A stretch of DNA of 64,000 bases from Schmidtea polychroa (Eukaryota), in the NCBI GenBank assembly GCA_044892525.1, contig CM097885.1, positions 29,948,001 through 30,012,000 of the forward strand, in the 5' to 3' direction. Below, in pieces: positions 63,358 to 64,000 of the stretch (position 1 is its first letter; each line of letters begins with the position of its first letter). The notes under the pieces were generated by a model. The model was not told where the DNA came from. It worked only from the letters and a program-made list of their open reading frames with translations, and did no database searches. The position numbers were made by a program, and so were the translations under genes.

Positions 63358-64000
63358 TACAAGTTAAATTATCATTATCGTAGGTAGAAGTATTTTTATA
63401 TTTAAAGTTATGAGGAAGGTTAAAAGATTTATTATTTCAATTTATATTATAATTATTATCGCTATTCATAGTATAATTATCATTATTATATATATAAGAT
63501 TTATTTGTATTAAAAATAGAGTTCAGATTAAAATTGTCATATGCAGTATAATTATTAGTAGGTTTAGAATTATTAATATTAAAATCAAAGTTTCCATTAT
63601 TCAAGTTATCATTATTACAATCTAATACACAATTACCATCATTAAGTTTACAGTTATTACTATCATAGTTAAAGCAAATTGGTTTATTATCTTTATAATA
63701 ATTTTGATTATAATTACCATTTTTTAGTATGTGAATCTTTCAAGCTGGGCAAAAGGTTTTCCAAGAGGTTGCATAAATTTCAGATGTTTCATTCGCTTTA
63801 ACATTCTTCACGGAATAATAGCTCTTAGGCATATGGTTCATTTCATTGTTGCAGGTTAGAGAACTTCCATTATTGATCAGCTCCTTGTGAATAAATGTAT
63901 CCTTTATTTTAGTACATGTTGCAGCAAATGTGTCGTATTGCTTGAGGATTATCCTAGCTGGGCAATAAGATCTGATTTTCCTCATTTCATATGGATCAGC

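Larger units (their letters stand above)
57095..63730 (-). mobile_element. Near-full-length NeSL-clade RLE non-LTR retrotransposon (lineage C)
   Basis: ORF1 and ORF2 are in the same frame, followed by a long 3' UTR ending near AATAAA at ~57097-57102. Ends approximate. Confidence 0.9.

Noticed and set aside
63740..64000. Minus-strand ORF fragment at the window edge
   Set aside because: Too short and truncated to assign.

Overview
Very AT-rich eukaryotic genomic DNA with short GT-AG introns; the repeat content suggests an invertebrate such as a planarian, but that is inference only. The window is dominated by nested transposable elements: (1) Polinton/Maverick material, namely one intact 1415-aa protein-primed PolB, one decayed PolB element, and three fold-back elements of 0.3, 1.75 and 3.2 kb with 5'-AGTAG termini; the two larger ones have 6-bp TSDs and one carries a captured MTAP pseudogene. 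(2) NeSL-clade RLE non-LTR retrotransposons (zinc fingers, Ulp1-like protease, RT, CCHC-RLE) from about four divergent lineages. (3) Gypsy integrase/gag/LTR relics, a hAT element with perfect TSD, hAT and mariner-type MITEs, a Helitron-like MITE and a Penelope GIY-YIG relic. (4) An AT-rich ~2.2-kb block repeat. (5) Spliced host exons, including a ZNF106-like WD40 gene. Two patterns stand out. First, all five NeSL ORF1/ORF2 junctions carry an in-frame UGA exactly at the Trp of the Ulp1 'WL' motif, four as UGA-CUA, and a ubiquitin-like GG motif precedes the zinc fingers except in the lineage whose protease looks dead; this suggests a retrovirus-like readthrough plus self-processing scheme. Second, the Polinton-ended fold-backs look like copy-back derivatives able to carry host DNA.
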